Below are positions 44,848 to 52,891 of a stretch of 52,923 nucleotides of DNA, piece after piece (position 1 is the first letter of the stretch; each line of letters opens with the position of its first letter). The position numbers and the translations under genes are program-made. Below the pieces are notes generated by a model. The model did not search any database. It was not told where the DNA came from and was given only the letters and a program-made list of their open reading frames with translations. Where the stretch lies: positions 1 to 52,923 of IMG/VR virus record IMGVR_UViG_3300037852_000044; one strand, 5' to 3'. Origin of the DNA: a virus (lineage: Duplodnaviria; Caudoviricetes).

Positions 44848-45230
44848 GACGCGGTCCGGGCGGCCCAGCGGTTCACTCCGACGGTGCCGTCCTGCTGGAT
44901 CTCTGTGAGCGTGACGGCGGTGATCGTGTCGGCGTGCGCGCGAAGCGCGTTGAGCAGATAGCGGGCGAGCATTCCACCTGTCGGCGCGAACGGAGCCGAT
45001 TGGTTCAAGTCGGTGTCGGTGAGGTAGTTGTCGAGCCAACCGTCGACGGTCTCATCCGCGTATGCCTCGCCGGGCACGATCCCGATCAGCTCTGGGTATG
45101 CGAACTCGACTTCGACGCGGTATGTGACGCGGCGGTGACGCGGAAAGCCTTGGTTCTGATCGACGCGGACGGCTGCGAGGACCGCCGTGCGGGTGTAGGT
45201 GAAGGTCGTCGTCGGGTCGGTATGCGTCAT
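44844..45230 (-). CDS. Degenerate QueD / 6-pyruvoyl-tetrahydropterin synthase-like T-fold protein (catalytic residues absent)
   Basis: Colinear with QueD: AAVRV~AAHRL, RHRRVTYRVEVE~LHGHSYxVxVE, LTDTDLN~LDHxxLN, PTGGMLARY~PTAENLAxW, AVTLTE~AVxVxET. Confidence 0.65.
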   Translation of the reverse strand: MTHTDPTTTFTYTRTAVLAAVRVDQNQGFPRHRRVTYRVEVEFAYPELIGIVPGEAYADETVDGWLDNYLTDTDLNQSAPFAPTGGMLARYLLNALRAHADTITAVTLTEIQQDGTVGVNRWAARTAS

Positions 45231-45270
45231 CTTGGGTCTCCTAGTTCTGGGGTGTCTTCGGAGTAGTGGA

Positions 45271-45507
45271 TTATTCGCCGCGACGCAGCCGGGCGAGTTC
45301 CGCTTCGGCTGCCGCGATCTGCGCTTCGCGTTTCACTGCCGCTTTCAGATCGTCGAGCGCGGTCTGCGCTTTGCGGCCGAGCGACTGCACACGGACGCGG
45401 GTCGAGCACGCCGCCGCTGTCAGCAGCTCGTGGACTTCCGAGCCGAACTCGGGCTCGGCGCGTTCGGTGCCAGGGGTAGTGATGGGGTCGTCGTCGAGTG
45501 TGGGCAT
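45271..45507 (-). CDS. Small coiled-coil hypothetical protein
   Basis: SD GAGGA; first gene after early cassette E. Confidence 0.65.
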   Translation of the reverse strand: MPTLDDDPITTPGTERAEPEFGSEVHELLTAAACSTRVRVQSLGRKAQTALDDLKAAVKREAQIAAAEAELARLRRGE

Positions 45508-45513
45508 GATTCA

Positions 45514-45552
45514 TCCTCTCGGGGTTGGGTTGTCGGGTTCGGTCCGACTATA
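45514..45552 (-). promoter_or_regulatory. Early promoter/operator cassette copy E
   Basis: TATAGTCGGACCGAACCCGACAACCCAACCCCGAGAGGA. Confidence 0.7.
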
Positions 45553-45558
45553 GCGGGT

Positions 45559-46860
45559 TCAGCGGGTCGTGAAGCTGACCTTTTCGTCCGTGTCGGCATG
45601 GACGGGCGTGATGCCCGTGAACTGCTCAAAACGGCGGCAGATCACGTCGGCATAGAGCGGGTCGATCTCGACGAGCCTGGTGGCTCGGCCGATCGTGTGG
45701 GCGGCTATCAGTGTTGACCCAGAGCCCGCGAACGGGTCATAAACGAGGCCGCCGGGCCGCACCGAGTTACCGATCATCGGTGCGACCAGTTCGACAGGCT
45801 TCATCGTCGGATGCTCTTCGGACCGGGCGGGCCGCGCGACTTCGAAGACGCTGGTCTGGGCATTGTCGCCGAACCAGCGACGCCCGCCTCTACCGCGCCG
45901 CCCGGTGCCTTTAGCCGCGTTGCCGGTGAAGCCGTAGAGGATCGGCTCGTGCTGATAGTGGTAATCCGAACGACCAAGTACAAAGCGATCCTTCATCCAC
46001 ATGAGCGACTGCCGCCAGTCCCAGCCCGCGTCGATGATGATCTGCTGGAACACCGCGCATTGCGGCCCGGACGGGTGCGCCACATAGAACGGCGCACCCG
46101 CCCAGAGCACCGCATCCGCTACCGCGAACGCGGCCCGGACGGTCGCCTCATAGGACGCGCCGTCGTTCTGAACGCGGAGACCATCAGTTCTACGGCGTGC
46201 GGCGCGAGCGGCATCGGCGTCTACGAAGTCGTTGTAATCGACGCCGTAGGGCGGGTCGGTCCACATGCAATCGCAGCGGTCGCCGTCAAGCATCAGCGCG
46301 ACCGCCGCGCCGTCGGTAGCGTCGCCGACGAGCAGTCGCGAATCGCCAAGCAGCCATATGTCGCCCGTCTTGGAGATCGCGCGCTTCGGTATCGCAGGGA
46401 CGTCATTCGTTCCGGGCTGCCCTAGCTCGGAACGGCGGATCGAGTTCAGTAGATGATCTATATCTGTCGGGTCGAAGCCGGTCGCCGACAGCAGCGGTTG
46501 GTCAAGGGATTCCAGTAGAGTCACGAGTTGCTGCTCATCCCACGTCGCTAGTTCGGCCGTCCGATTATCGGCAATCGCGAACGCCCGCGCCTCCGCTGCG
46601 GTGCCGGGGAAGATCGTCACCCACAGGTCGTTCCAGCCGAGGTTCGTCGCGGCTTCGAGGGTGCCGTTGCCCGCGACGACGGTCATGTTCCGTGAGACGA
46701 CGATCGGCTTGCGTTGCCCGAATTTCGCGAGGCTCGCTTCGATCGCGGCCAGGTTCGGAGGCCCGTGCATCCGGGCGTTCTTCGGGTCCGGCTTCAAGCG
46801 GCTCAGCGGCACGCGCTCGACGGGGAGGTCGGCTGCGGCCGTGGGCTTGGCTCGGGTCAC
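45559..46860 (-). CDS. ParB-like N-terminal domain plus N6-adenine/N4-cytosine DNA methyltransferase
   Basis: NARMH..FGQRKPI..AGNG..ADNR (ParB); TDPPY, HPTMKP, DPFAGSGS (beta-class MTase). Confidence 0.9.
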   Translation of the reverse strand: MTRAKPTAAADLPVERVPLSRLKPDPKNARMHGPPNLAAIEASLAKFGQRKPIVVSRNMTVVAGNGTLEAATNLGWNDLWVTIFPGTAAEARAFAIADNRTAELATWDEQQLVTLLESLDQPLLSATGFDPTDIDHLLNSIRRSELGQPGTNDVPAIPKRAISKTGDIWLLGDSRLLVGDATDGAAVALMLDGDRCDCMWTDPPYGVDYNDFVDADAARAARRRTDGLRVQNDGASYEATVRAAFAVADAVLWAGAPFYVAHPSGPQCAVFQQIIIDAGWDWRQSLMWMKDRFVLGRSDYHYQHEPILYGFTGNAAKGTGRRGRGGRRWFGDNAQTSVFEVARPARSEEHPTMKPVELVAPMIGNSVRPGGLVYDPFAGSGSTLIAAHTIGRATRLVEIDPLYADVICRRFEQFTGITPVHADTDEKVSFTTR

Positions 46861-47096
46861 GCTGAGCCCTGACGAGGGCGCTGGGCCGCCGCGCCGCCCA
46901 CTTTCGAGAGGTTGCCCGGCTTCGTGCGGCGTGTGCGGAGCCACCGGCTGATCGTCGACTCCCACCACCACGGCGAACGGCCCAAATAACCGTCCGGCTT
47001 CGGCGCGCGGCCATCACGCTTGTACGTATCGAGGGTGTCCGGCGTGATACCGGCCATCTCAGCGACGGCTCTGATGTCTAGCTGCTTGCCTGGCAT
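46857..47096 (-). CDS. AlpA/excisionase-like HTH DNA-binding protein
   Basis: VAEMAGITPDTL..Y..DGRAPKPD...W..STI..W; SD AAGGAG. Confidence 0.8.
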   Translation of the reverse strand: MPGKQLDIRAVAEMAGITPDTLDTYKRDGRAPKPDGYLGRSPWWWESTISRWLRTRRTKPGNLSKVGGAAAQRPRQGSA

Positions 47097-47120
47097 GCGG
47101 TGCTCCTTAGTCGAGGGTGA

Positions 47121-47158
47121 CCGGAGCCCGCCCACGATGCGGTGAGGGCGGGCTCCGG
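47121..47158 (-). terminator. Hairpin/terminator after the DUF932 gene
   Basis: 13-bp stem CCGGAGCCCGCCC/GGGCGGGCTCCGG. Confidence 0.6.
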
Positions 47159-47174
47159 CGCTCTTACGGACGGC

Positions 47175-48356
47175 TCATGCTGCGGCGAATGCGTACTCCA
47201 TCGCGGTCAGAGCCTTAGCTTCCATGTCGAACGCGTCGTCGGCGTTCTCGATCTGCTGGCAGTAGGACGTGACCGCTTGCAGCACGCCTCCGGCGGTGAC
47301 TTGCCCGCCACGGATGAAGTGATCAAGAACGCCCTTGGTCTCGGCTTCGGTGAAGGTGAGGCGCTTCGCGACGATCTTGATCGTCGCCTCCGGGTCGGCG
47401 AGCGGCTTGCTCGCCTTCTCGCTCATCTGCTCGATGCAGCGTCGGACGTAGTCGACGTCGAGGAACGTCGCGACCGCGTCGCGTGCCTTGCTCGTGATCA
47501 GTTCGAGGTTCTTCTGCTGCGTGTCGGCTGACCAGCGGATGACTCCGGTGTCGAGCTTGCTGCCCAAGTGGATCGCGCGCAGCGCGTCCTTCGTCATCTG
47601 CATGCCGTTCGAGCAGACTTGCACGACGAGACGCGGCGTGATCGAGAATGCGCCGTTGCCGGTCTCGGAGTTGCTCACGACGAATCCGGCGAACACCTTC
47701 GGCAACTCGTCGCCCGACAGGCCGGAGTATGGCGAGCGGTAGCCGCGCAGCAGATCCGGCGCGAGCGCCGCGACCGACGGTGCGCTGATCGTGACGTACA
47801 TGCGTCGCTCGGTGAGGTTGCAGGAGTCGATGCTGACTTCGACGCCGGACTTGCGGATGCCGTCGAGTGCGGCTGTGAGCGCGTCGAAGTTGTCCGCGAC
47901 GCCGCCATAAGAATCGGACAGCAGCGCGCGGGCGATGCCTTCGCCGCCGTCGTCGCCCCGGAACGTGCGGACAAGGAACGAACGAGCGTCGGGCTCGGCG
48001 ACGACGTCATCGAACGGCTCAGAGAGTCGCTTGACGGTGTGCCCGTGAATCCAGCCGTTGACGTTCGCGTCGTAGAGATCCGGGCGCTCGGTCCGCATGC
48101 GCCGCACATAAGCAAGTGGGATGCCGAGCTTCTCCGCGACACCCTCATCGAACACCGCCGTCGGACGGAAGATGCCCGGCTCGGTCGTCACGCCGTAATC
48201 GTCCATCGTGACCGTCGCGTCTTTGACATGCAGCAGACCGCCGCGAGAACGCAGCGTTGTCGCCGGGGCAACGATGTCGAGCTTCGCGGCTTGCTGCTGC
48301 TGTAGCAGCTCCGCGAGGTCAGCGAGTGTCGCGTTGCGGGCTTGGGTGGTGATCAT
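47175..48356 (-). CDS. DUF932-like protein
   Basis: ARALLSDSY, SNSETGNG, VCSNGM and HLG motifs; start MITTQ with SD AAGGA. Confidence 0.75.
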   Translation of the reverse strand: MITTQARNATLADLAELLQQQQAAKLDIVAPATTLRSRGGLLHVKDATVTMDDYGVTTEPGIFRPTAVFDEGVAEKLGIPLAYVRRMRTERPDLYDANVNGWIHGHTVKRLSEPFDDVVAEPDARSFLVRTFRGDDGGEGIARALLSDSYGGVADNFDALTAALDGIRKSGVEVSIDSCNLTERRMYVTISAPSVAALAPDLLRGYRSPYSGLSGDELPKVFAGFVVSNSETGNGAFSITPRLVVQVCSNGMQMTKDALRAIHLGSKLDTGVIRWSADTQQKNLELITSKARDAVATFLDVDYVRRCIEQMSEKASKPLADPEATIKIVAKRLTFTEAETKGVLDHFIRGGQVTAGGVLQAVTSYCQQIENADDAFDMEAKALTAMEYAFAAA

Positions 48357-48363
48357 CTTGTGG

Positions 48364-48435
48364 TTCCTTCCGGGGTGGGTACGTCCCGACCGTTTGTCGG
48401 ATCGAGTCCGACTATACAGCAGCGGGCCGACAGTT
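48364..48435 (-). promoter_or_regulatory. Early promoter/operator cassette copy F
   Basis: AACTGTCGG-N10-TATAGTCGGACTCGATCCGAC...ACCCACCCCGGAAGGAA. Confidence 0.75.
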
Positions 48436-48463
48436 CTAGCCCGTCGCCGGTATTCTCGGCACT

Positions 48464-48515
48464 GCCGGGCCGGTGCAGCACTCAACTAGGCCAGCCAACC
48501 TTGCACCGGCCCGGC
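48464..48515. terminator. Inverted repeat (14-bp arms, 24-nt loop), probable terminator
   Basis: GCCGGGCCGGTGCA / TGCACCGGCCCGGC directly after ORF 48519. Confidence 0.5.
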
Positions 48516-48518
48516 GTT

Positions 48519-48710
48519 TCACGGCCGTAACAGCGGCTCGTCCACGACGCTCACCGGCACAAGATCAAGCACAACAGGCGCGGCTGGCGGCGGCTCAGCC
48601 CGACGTCGGCGGAATAGATCGAGCAGAATCCGCGCGTCCAGGGCTGAGCCGGTGCCGTCGGATGCACGGCGGATCGCCGCGCGTGCCTGATCGGCGGTGT
48701 AGGCGATCAC
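48519..48710 (-). CDS. Hypothetical protein
   Basis: GTGA overlap with the upstream gene. Confidence 0.5.
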   Translation of the reverse strand: MIAYTADQARAAIRRASDGTGSALDARILLDLFRRRRAEPPPAAPVVLDLVPVSVVDEPLLRP

Positions 48711-49075
48711 CCGGCGCGCTGAGCTTTGCCGAGACGCGAGTTCGGTGAAGCGAGCGCGACGCCGGACGGCCGCGCAGGCTTGCGCCTTCGCATGACCGGG
48801 TCGATCTTGCTCGCGCGTCGCCCCATGCTGTAGGACCGCGCCTCCTGCCGGACATGAACGCCGTCATCATGACCGAACGGCAGCCGACACTTCCGCGCCG
48901 CGCAAAGCTTGACGCCGTCGCCATGCCGGAGCCGGAACTTCTCCGCTTGCCGGACCGCCCGCCGGGCGACGCGTTCGAGCGTCTCGTTGTTAGCTTCAGC
49001 GACCGGAGCAGTCTCGACCGGCAATTCGCCGACCGGCAATTCGGCCTCGACCGCGCGCTTTCGTCGTAACCGCAT
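48707..49075 (-). CDS. Basic hypothetical protein with C..CxL..GHxxxxH
   Basis: SD GAGG; CAARKCRLPFGHDDGVH. Confidence 0.6.
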   Translation of the reverse strand: MRLRRKRAVEAELPVGELPVETAPVAEANNETLERVARRAVRQAEKFRLRHGDGVKLCAARKCRLPFGHDDGVHVRQEARSYSMGRRASKIDPVMRRRKPARPSGVALASPNSRLGKAQRAG

Positions 49076-49096
49076 CAGATGCCTCTCGTGTCGGGA

Positions 49097-49729
49097 TCAA
49101 GCGGACAGTAGCAGCGCCCGGCGTCTACGGAACAGACCGCGCAGATCATCCGGCATCGGCACCGAGAGCGCCCGGTGCTCGGCGCACGCCGGACACGCGC
49201 GGCCGCGATCAATCGACTCGGCCGGGTGGAACGGACACGTCGGACGTCGCTCCGGTCGCAGCTCGCGCCAGAACCGTAGGAATGCCGCGACGTGCCGCAC
49301 GCGTCCCCATATCCGGCCGGACGCTTCGCGGACGAGCCGTGCGATGCCGATCGTGCGTACCCAGCGGGTGAGGTCAGCGATGACGTCCGGCCGCAGACGT
49401 CCCCAGCCGACGCGGATACCGGCGGTGAGCATCGCGTCACGCAGCGCGGTCACTTCCGGCGTCCAGGGCACTGTGCTCTTCGATTGAGAACCTGAGCTTA
49501 GAGGTTGTCCGGTAGGCACGATCCGGTCCGGCAGCCGGTGCCCAGCAGCGTCGCAGCGGCGCTCGCGGCGGATCGTCCCGGCGGTTTCAAGCTCGCCGAG
49601 CGCGCGGGCGACGGTCCTACATGACACGCCGAGCACGTCGGCGAGCGAGTCCTGGCTGGCGGTGATCGGCCGGTCGATGAGCGCGGCGAGCCGGATCAGG
49701 GTGGACGTTGTCGGGTCGGTCTGAGACAC
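49097..49729 (-). CDS. HTH replication-initiator-like protein with C-terminal CxxH...CxxC
   Basis: ASQDSLADVLGVSCRTVARALGELE..G.I; CPFHP...CPAC; located after the recombination genes. Confidence 0.65.
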   Translation of the reverse strand: MSQTDPTTSTLIRLAALIDRPITASQDSLADVLGVSCRTVARALGELETAGTIRRERRCDAAGHRLPDRIVPTGQPLSSGSQSKSTVPWTPEVTALRDAMLTAGIRVGWGRLRPDVIADLTRWVRTIGIARLVREASGRIWGRVRHVAAFLRFWRELRPERRPTCPFHPAESIDRGRACPACAEHRALSVPMPDDLRGLFRRRRALLLSA

Positions 49730-49772
49730 TTGTGTCGCCTTTCGAGCTTGGTCGCGAGTAGGGCATTCGTCA

Positions 49773-49806
49773 GACAAAGGCCGGGGATGGAAACCCGGCC
49801 TTTGTC
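49773..49806. promoter_or_regulatory. 13-bp inverted repeat upstream of the replication gene
   Basis: GACAAAGGCCGGG / CCCGGCCTTTGTC. Confidence 0.5.
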
Positions 49807-49826
49807 ATGTCCGGAAGATCCGGACC

Positions 49827-50348
49827 CTAGTCTTTCGTGTCGCGCGGAGCAAGATCGGAGACCGCGCAGACGTGCGGCGCATAGCCGCCGCCATGAGATT
49901 CGCCGGTCTCTTCAGCGACGACGTCGGTGATGCGCCGCCGCAGCGGCGCGCCGCGTTCATCGAAGCGCCATAGGCCGCCCCGCACGATGCCGGGGTCGAG
50001 GGTGAGCACGCCGGAGCCGCGCTGTATGCGGAACACCGGCTCGCCGCATGTCTGGCATCGCGCCGGGGCGAGATCGTCGGCCCAGCGCGGCGCTGGGGGC
50101 TCTAGCGGCCGTTCTCGCGGCACTGCCGGTGGTGCGGCTGCGGCTTCTCGGGGCGGGGCGTATTCCCATACTTCGGCGCGGGTGTGCTTATCGAGCGGAT
50201 GCGGCACGCTGCGGCCGGTCCGCCGGTAGTCAAAGACGCTGCCCATCGCGGCGGCCGCGTCGCGGCACCGCTCGATCTCGGCGAGGAAGTATGACCAGCG
50301 GTCGCGCGGGCCGCCTTCGCAGATCGCGACTGGCTGCGACCAGCCCAT
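49827..50348 (-). CDS. Hypothetical protein with Zn motif (CQTC...PHVC)
   Basis: C-terminal half resembles 34389..34697. Confidence 0.65.
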   Translation of the reverse strand: MGWSQPVAICEGGPRDRWSYFLAEIERCRDAAAAMGSVFDYRRTGRSVPHPLDKHTRAEVWEYAPPREAAAAPPAVPRERPLEPPAPRWADDLAPARCQTCGEPVFRIQRGSGVLTLDPGIVRGGLWRFDERGAPLRRRITDVVAEETGESHGGGYAPHVCAVSDLAPRDTKD

Positions 50349-50503
50349 CAGCGTCGCCGAGGCGCTGGCTTGCGCTCAACGATCGCTTTGCGCTCGGCGC
50401 GCATCTCACTCACACACTTCACGCAGCGGCCGTCTTTGTCGAGCTTGTCCGCTTCGTCGATCGGGTGCCCTTGTGAGCACACGTCGCCTAGCCGCAGCGT
50501 CAC
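50348..50503 (-). CDS. CxxGH...CxxC miniprotein (51 aa)
   Basis: Manually translated MTLRLGDVCSQGH...RCVKC; coupled at both ends. Confidence 0.6.
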   Translation of the reverse strand: MTLRLGDVCSQGHPIDEADKLDKDGRCVKCVSEMRAERKAIVERKPAPRRR

Positions 50504-51738
50504 AGCAGCGTCTCGCCGTCATCAGCGGCGAGCTGTGACTCGGTTAGAGCGTCGCGCTCGGCTTCCTCCTGCTCGGCGAGGCGGGCGAAGTGCGCCGTGA
50601 GGTCGAACGCGACGACCGCGCGGAGCTGCTCCGTCGAGAGGTAGGCGAGACCGGCGTTCCGGCCGGGCGTGTCGTTGGCGATCGAGTCCGGCCAGATCCG
50701 GCCGCCTGCTACCTCGACGGCAGCGTCGAACGCGCCGTCGCCGTGCTTGTCGATCGCGGCCTTGATAAGCCCCTTGCGGAGCGCGGTGGAAGGGTACGGT
50801 CCCGGCGCTGTCAGCGGCGTGTCGTTGCCCTCAGTGACCGTGACCGGCTCTTCGACGATCGTGATCGTCTCACCGTTGCCGACCGTCGTGCCGGGAAGAT
50901 CAGCGCGGGTGATCGTGACCGACTGCCGCTCATCATCGCCGTCAGCGCCGAGAGCGTCGAGTGACATGTCGGTGCGGACCGCTTCATCAGATGCGAACGC
51001 CAGCGCGAGGTCGGTCGTCTTCGGTAGGAACTTGAACAGTTGCCGGACCGCGCTCTTCCGCGACATGGCGTCTCGGTTCGTGTTCCACGGCGAGTAAACC
51101 GAGTTCGACGACTTGCTGGATTTTTTGATCAGCTCGACGTCGTCTTCGCCCATGACGTGCCACGCGACGCCGCCGTTCGTGAAGCGTGCGATCGCGTAAT
51201 GCAGGATCGGCTCGCCGCGCTCGTCGTGCTTAAAGATCCGCTCATGCTCTAGCTTCTCATCGAGCCCGTCGACGATGCGGAACTTCTCGTTGCTGTAGAT
51301 CGTCTGCGCCTTGATCGAGAGCACTTTGCCGGTCCGCTCGACGAGTTCGATCATCCCTTGATAGCCGAGAATCCACTGAGCTTCGACGGTCCCCGCGCGC
51401 CGGTTCTCATACGGCAACACCCAACCGTGACCGAGCGCCGGGACGTTCGGCCGCAGACCGAGCTGCGCGGCGGTCATCAGCGCGCCGAGGAACGAGGCCT
51501 GTGTCGCGTCGGCGAGCGCCGGGATATTCCGCATCGCGGTCGCGGCGTCACGGATGAGCTGCCGCGCTTCGAGGCCGCGCGGCATCGCGAGCGCGAACTG
51601 TTCCTCGAATTGCTTCATCACCGCGACTCGGCCGTCGATGCGCTGCGCGAGAGTGAGTGATGTTCCGGGCTCGCCGGGTGGCGCTTCGTCGAGGCCGACG
51701 GCGGCGCGGGCACGATTGGCTGGGGTTGCTTCGGTCAT
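50500..51738 (-). CDS. recT: RecT family single-strand annealing protein
   Basis: SFLGALMTAAQLGLRP, LGYQGMIEL and SPW...AMSRKS motifs. Confidence 0.92.
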   Translation of the reverse strand: MTEATPANRARAAVGLDEAPPGEPGTSLTLAQRIDGRVAVMKQFEEQFALAMPRGLEARQLIRDAATAMRNIPALADATQASFLGALMTAAQLGLRPNVPALGHGWVLPYENRRAGTVEAQWILGYQGMIELVERTGKVLSIKAQTIYSNEKFRIVDGLDEKLEHERIFKHDERGEPILHYAIARFTNGGVAWHVMGEDDVELIKKSSKSSNSVYSPWNTNRDAMSRKSAVRQLFKFLPKTTDLALAFASDEAVRTDMSLDALGADGDDERQSVTITRADLPGTTVGNGETITIVEEPVTVTEGNDTPLTAPGPYPSTALRKGLIKAAIDKHGDGAFDAAVEVAGGRIWPDSIANDTPGRNAGLAYLSTEQLRAVVAFDLTAHFARLAEQEEAERDALTESQLAADDGETLL

Positions 51739-51744
51739 CGGAGT

Positions 51745-51804
51745 TCTCCTACTCGGGGTGGGTTATCGGGTCGGTGCCGACTATACTCGGCAGGTCCGAC
51801 AGTT
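51745..51804 (-). promoter_or_regulatory. Early promoter/operator cassette copy G
   Basis: AACTGTCGG-N10-TATAGTCGGCACCGACCCGATAACCCACCCCGAGTAGGAG. Confidence 0.75.
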
Positions 51805-52891
51805 ACTTGATGAGCCAGGACCGGCGGTGCCGCAGCACGCCCGACGCCAGCAGCTCCGGGTGGTTCTCGATGAGCTTGTCGACGTCCATCTCGCGCTTCT
51901 CAACGGTCTTCATGAACGGTTCGACGAGATTGCGGTGCGCGGCGGCAAACTCTTTCGTCGCGCCGTCGATCGTCTTCGTCGCCCGCCATGTCGCGACCGG
52001 CTTGCTCGCGATGCCGGTCGGCGGATCGTAGAAGACCTCAGTCGCGTCACCGATCTTCGCCTGTAGCTGCGCGAGCGTGTCGTCATACGCGGTCTGCGCC
52101 GCTTCAAGGTCAGCCTTCAGCAGCGGCAACGCCCGGAACAGTTCGGCATCCTCTGCGTCGAGCACATACGCTGCGCCCGGCGTCGGATTGCCGAACATGC
52201 TCTTGACCATCGCTGACGACCGAGACGACGCGCTCGGCGCGACGTCAGCTTCGACGTGCTCCGGCCACCACTTCTCGACGATCGTGAACAGACGATCGAT
52301 CAGGACATCGTCGCGGTGCATCAGGCGGTGAACCGGCACGAGACGCGGACCGAGCACCACGAAGTGAACGTGATCGCGGCCGGTGACGCCGAGCTGCCAT
52401 TGCCCCTGGAATTGGAAGCCGACAGGGATTTCCGGTTCGGCGTCGGTGCCCCACTCGCGCAGATCCGACTGCGTCTTCACTTCAACGAGGCACCGGCCGA
52501 TCTCACAGATCGAGATCCGGTCGACGGTCGCCCCGGCGTGCGGGCAGCGCCGCGACCGCAGCAGCCCTTGCCGCCGCACTTCGATCGGGAAGTCGACGTA
52601 GCGGGTCACCCACAGATCGATCACGCCGTCTTCGAGGATGCGGCCGCGTTCCATCGCGTTGCTCGCAACCTCGACCGGGGCGCGGCCGGTCTTGTCGGCC
52701 CATACGGTGAACGCGTCGCCGTAGTGCGAGACGCCGACGATCTTCGCGATGTCCGAGCCGCCGATGAGCGTCTTACGGACCGCGAGCCAGTCTTCGCGGC
52801 GCGCGGATGAGGCGAGCAGCAGTGATCCAGCGGGGATCGTCCACGGGCTCTCGGGGCGGCGGGTCGTCCAGGTGATCGGCGACGCGGTCAT
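51803..52891 (-). CDS. YqaJ-family (lambda-Exo/RecE-like) exonuclease
   Basis: WLAVRKTLIGGSD, G..LE, ATVDR, EVKT and QGQWQL motifs; adjacent to recT. Confidence 0.92.
   Translation of the reverse strand: MTASPITWTTRRPESPWTIPAGSLLLASSARREDWLAVRKTLIGGSDIAKIVGVSHYGDAFTVWADKTGRAPVEVASNAMERGRILEDGVIDLWVTRYVDFPIEVRRQGLLRSRRCPHAGATVDRISICEIGRCLVEVKTQSDLREWGTDAEPEIPVGFQFQGQWQLGVTGRDHVHFVVLGPRLVPVHRLMHRDDVLIDRLFTIVEKWWPEHVEADVAPSASSRSSAMVKSMFGNPTPGAAYVLDAEDAELFRALPLLKADLEAAQTAYDDTLAQLQAKIGDATEVFYDPPTGIASKPVATWRATKTIDGATKEFAAAHRNLVEPFMKTVEKREMDVDKLIENHPELLASGVLRHRRSWLIK

Noticed and set aside
44844-45230. Functional 7-deazaguanine DNA-modification pathway
   Set aside because: No folE, queE, queC or dpdA recognised, and the QueD-like protein lacks its catalytic residues.
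46857-47096. Excisionase implying an integration cassette
   Set aside because: No tyrosine or serine integrase and no attP-like region found; the HTH is more simply a regulator.
160-52810. Numerous long plus-strand ORFs (for example 9812..10951, 2682..3620, 42960..44048)
   Set aside because: They are antisense shadows of well-supported minus-strand genes in high-GC DNA, Arg/Ala/Pro-rich with no recognisable motifs.
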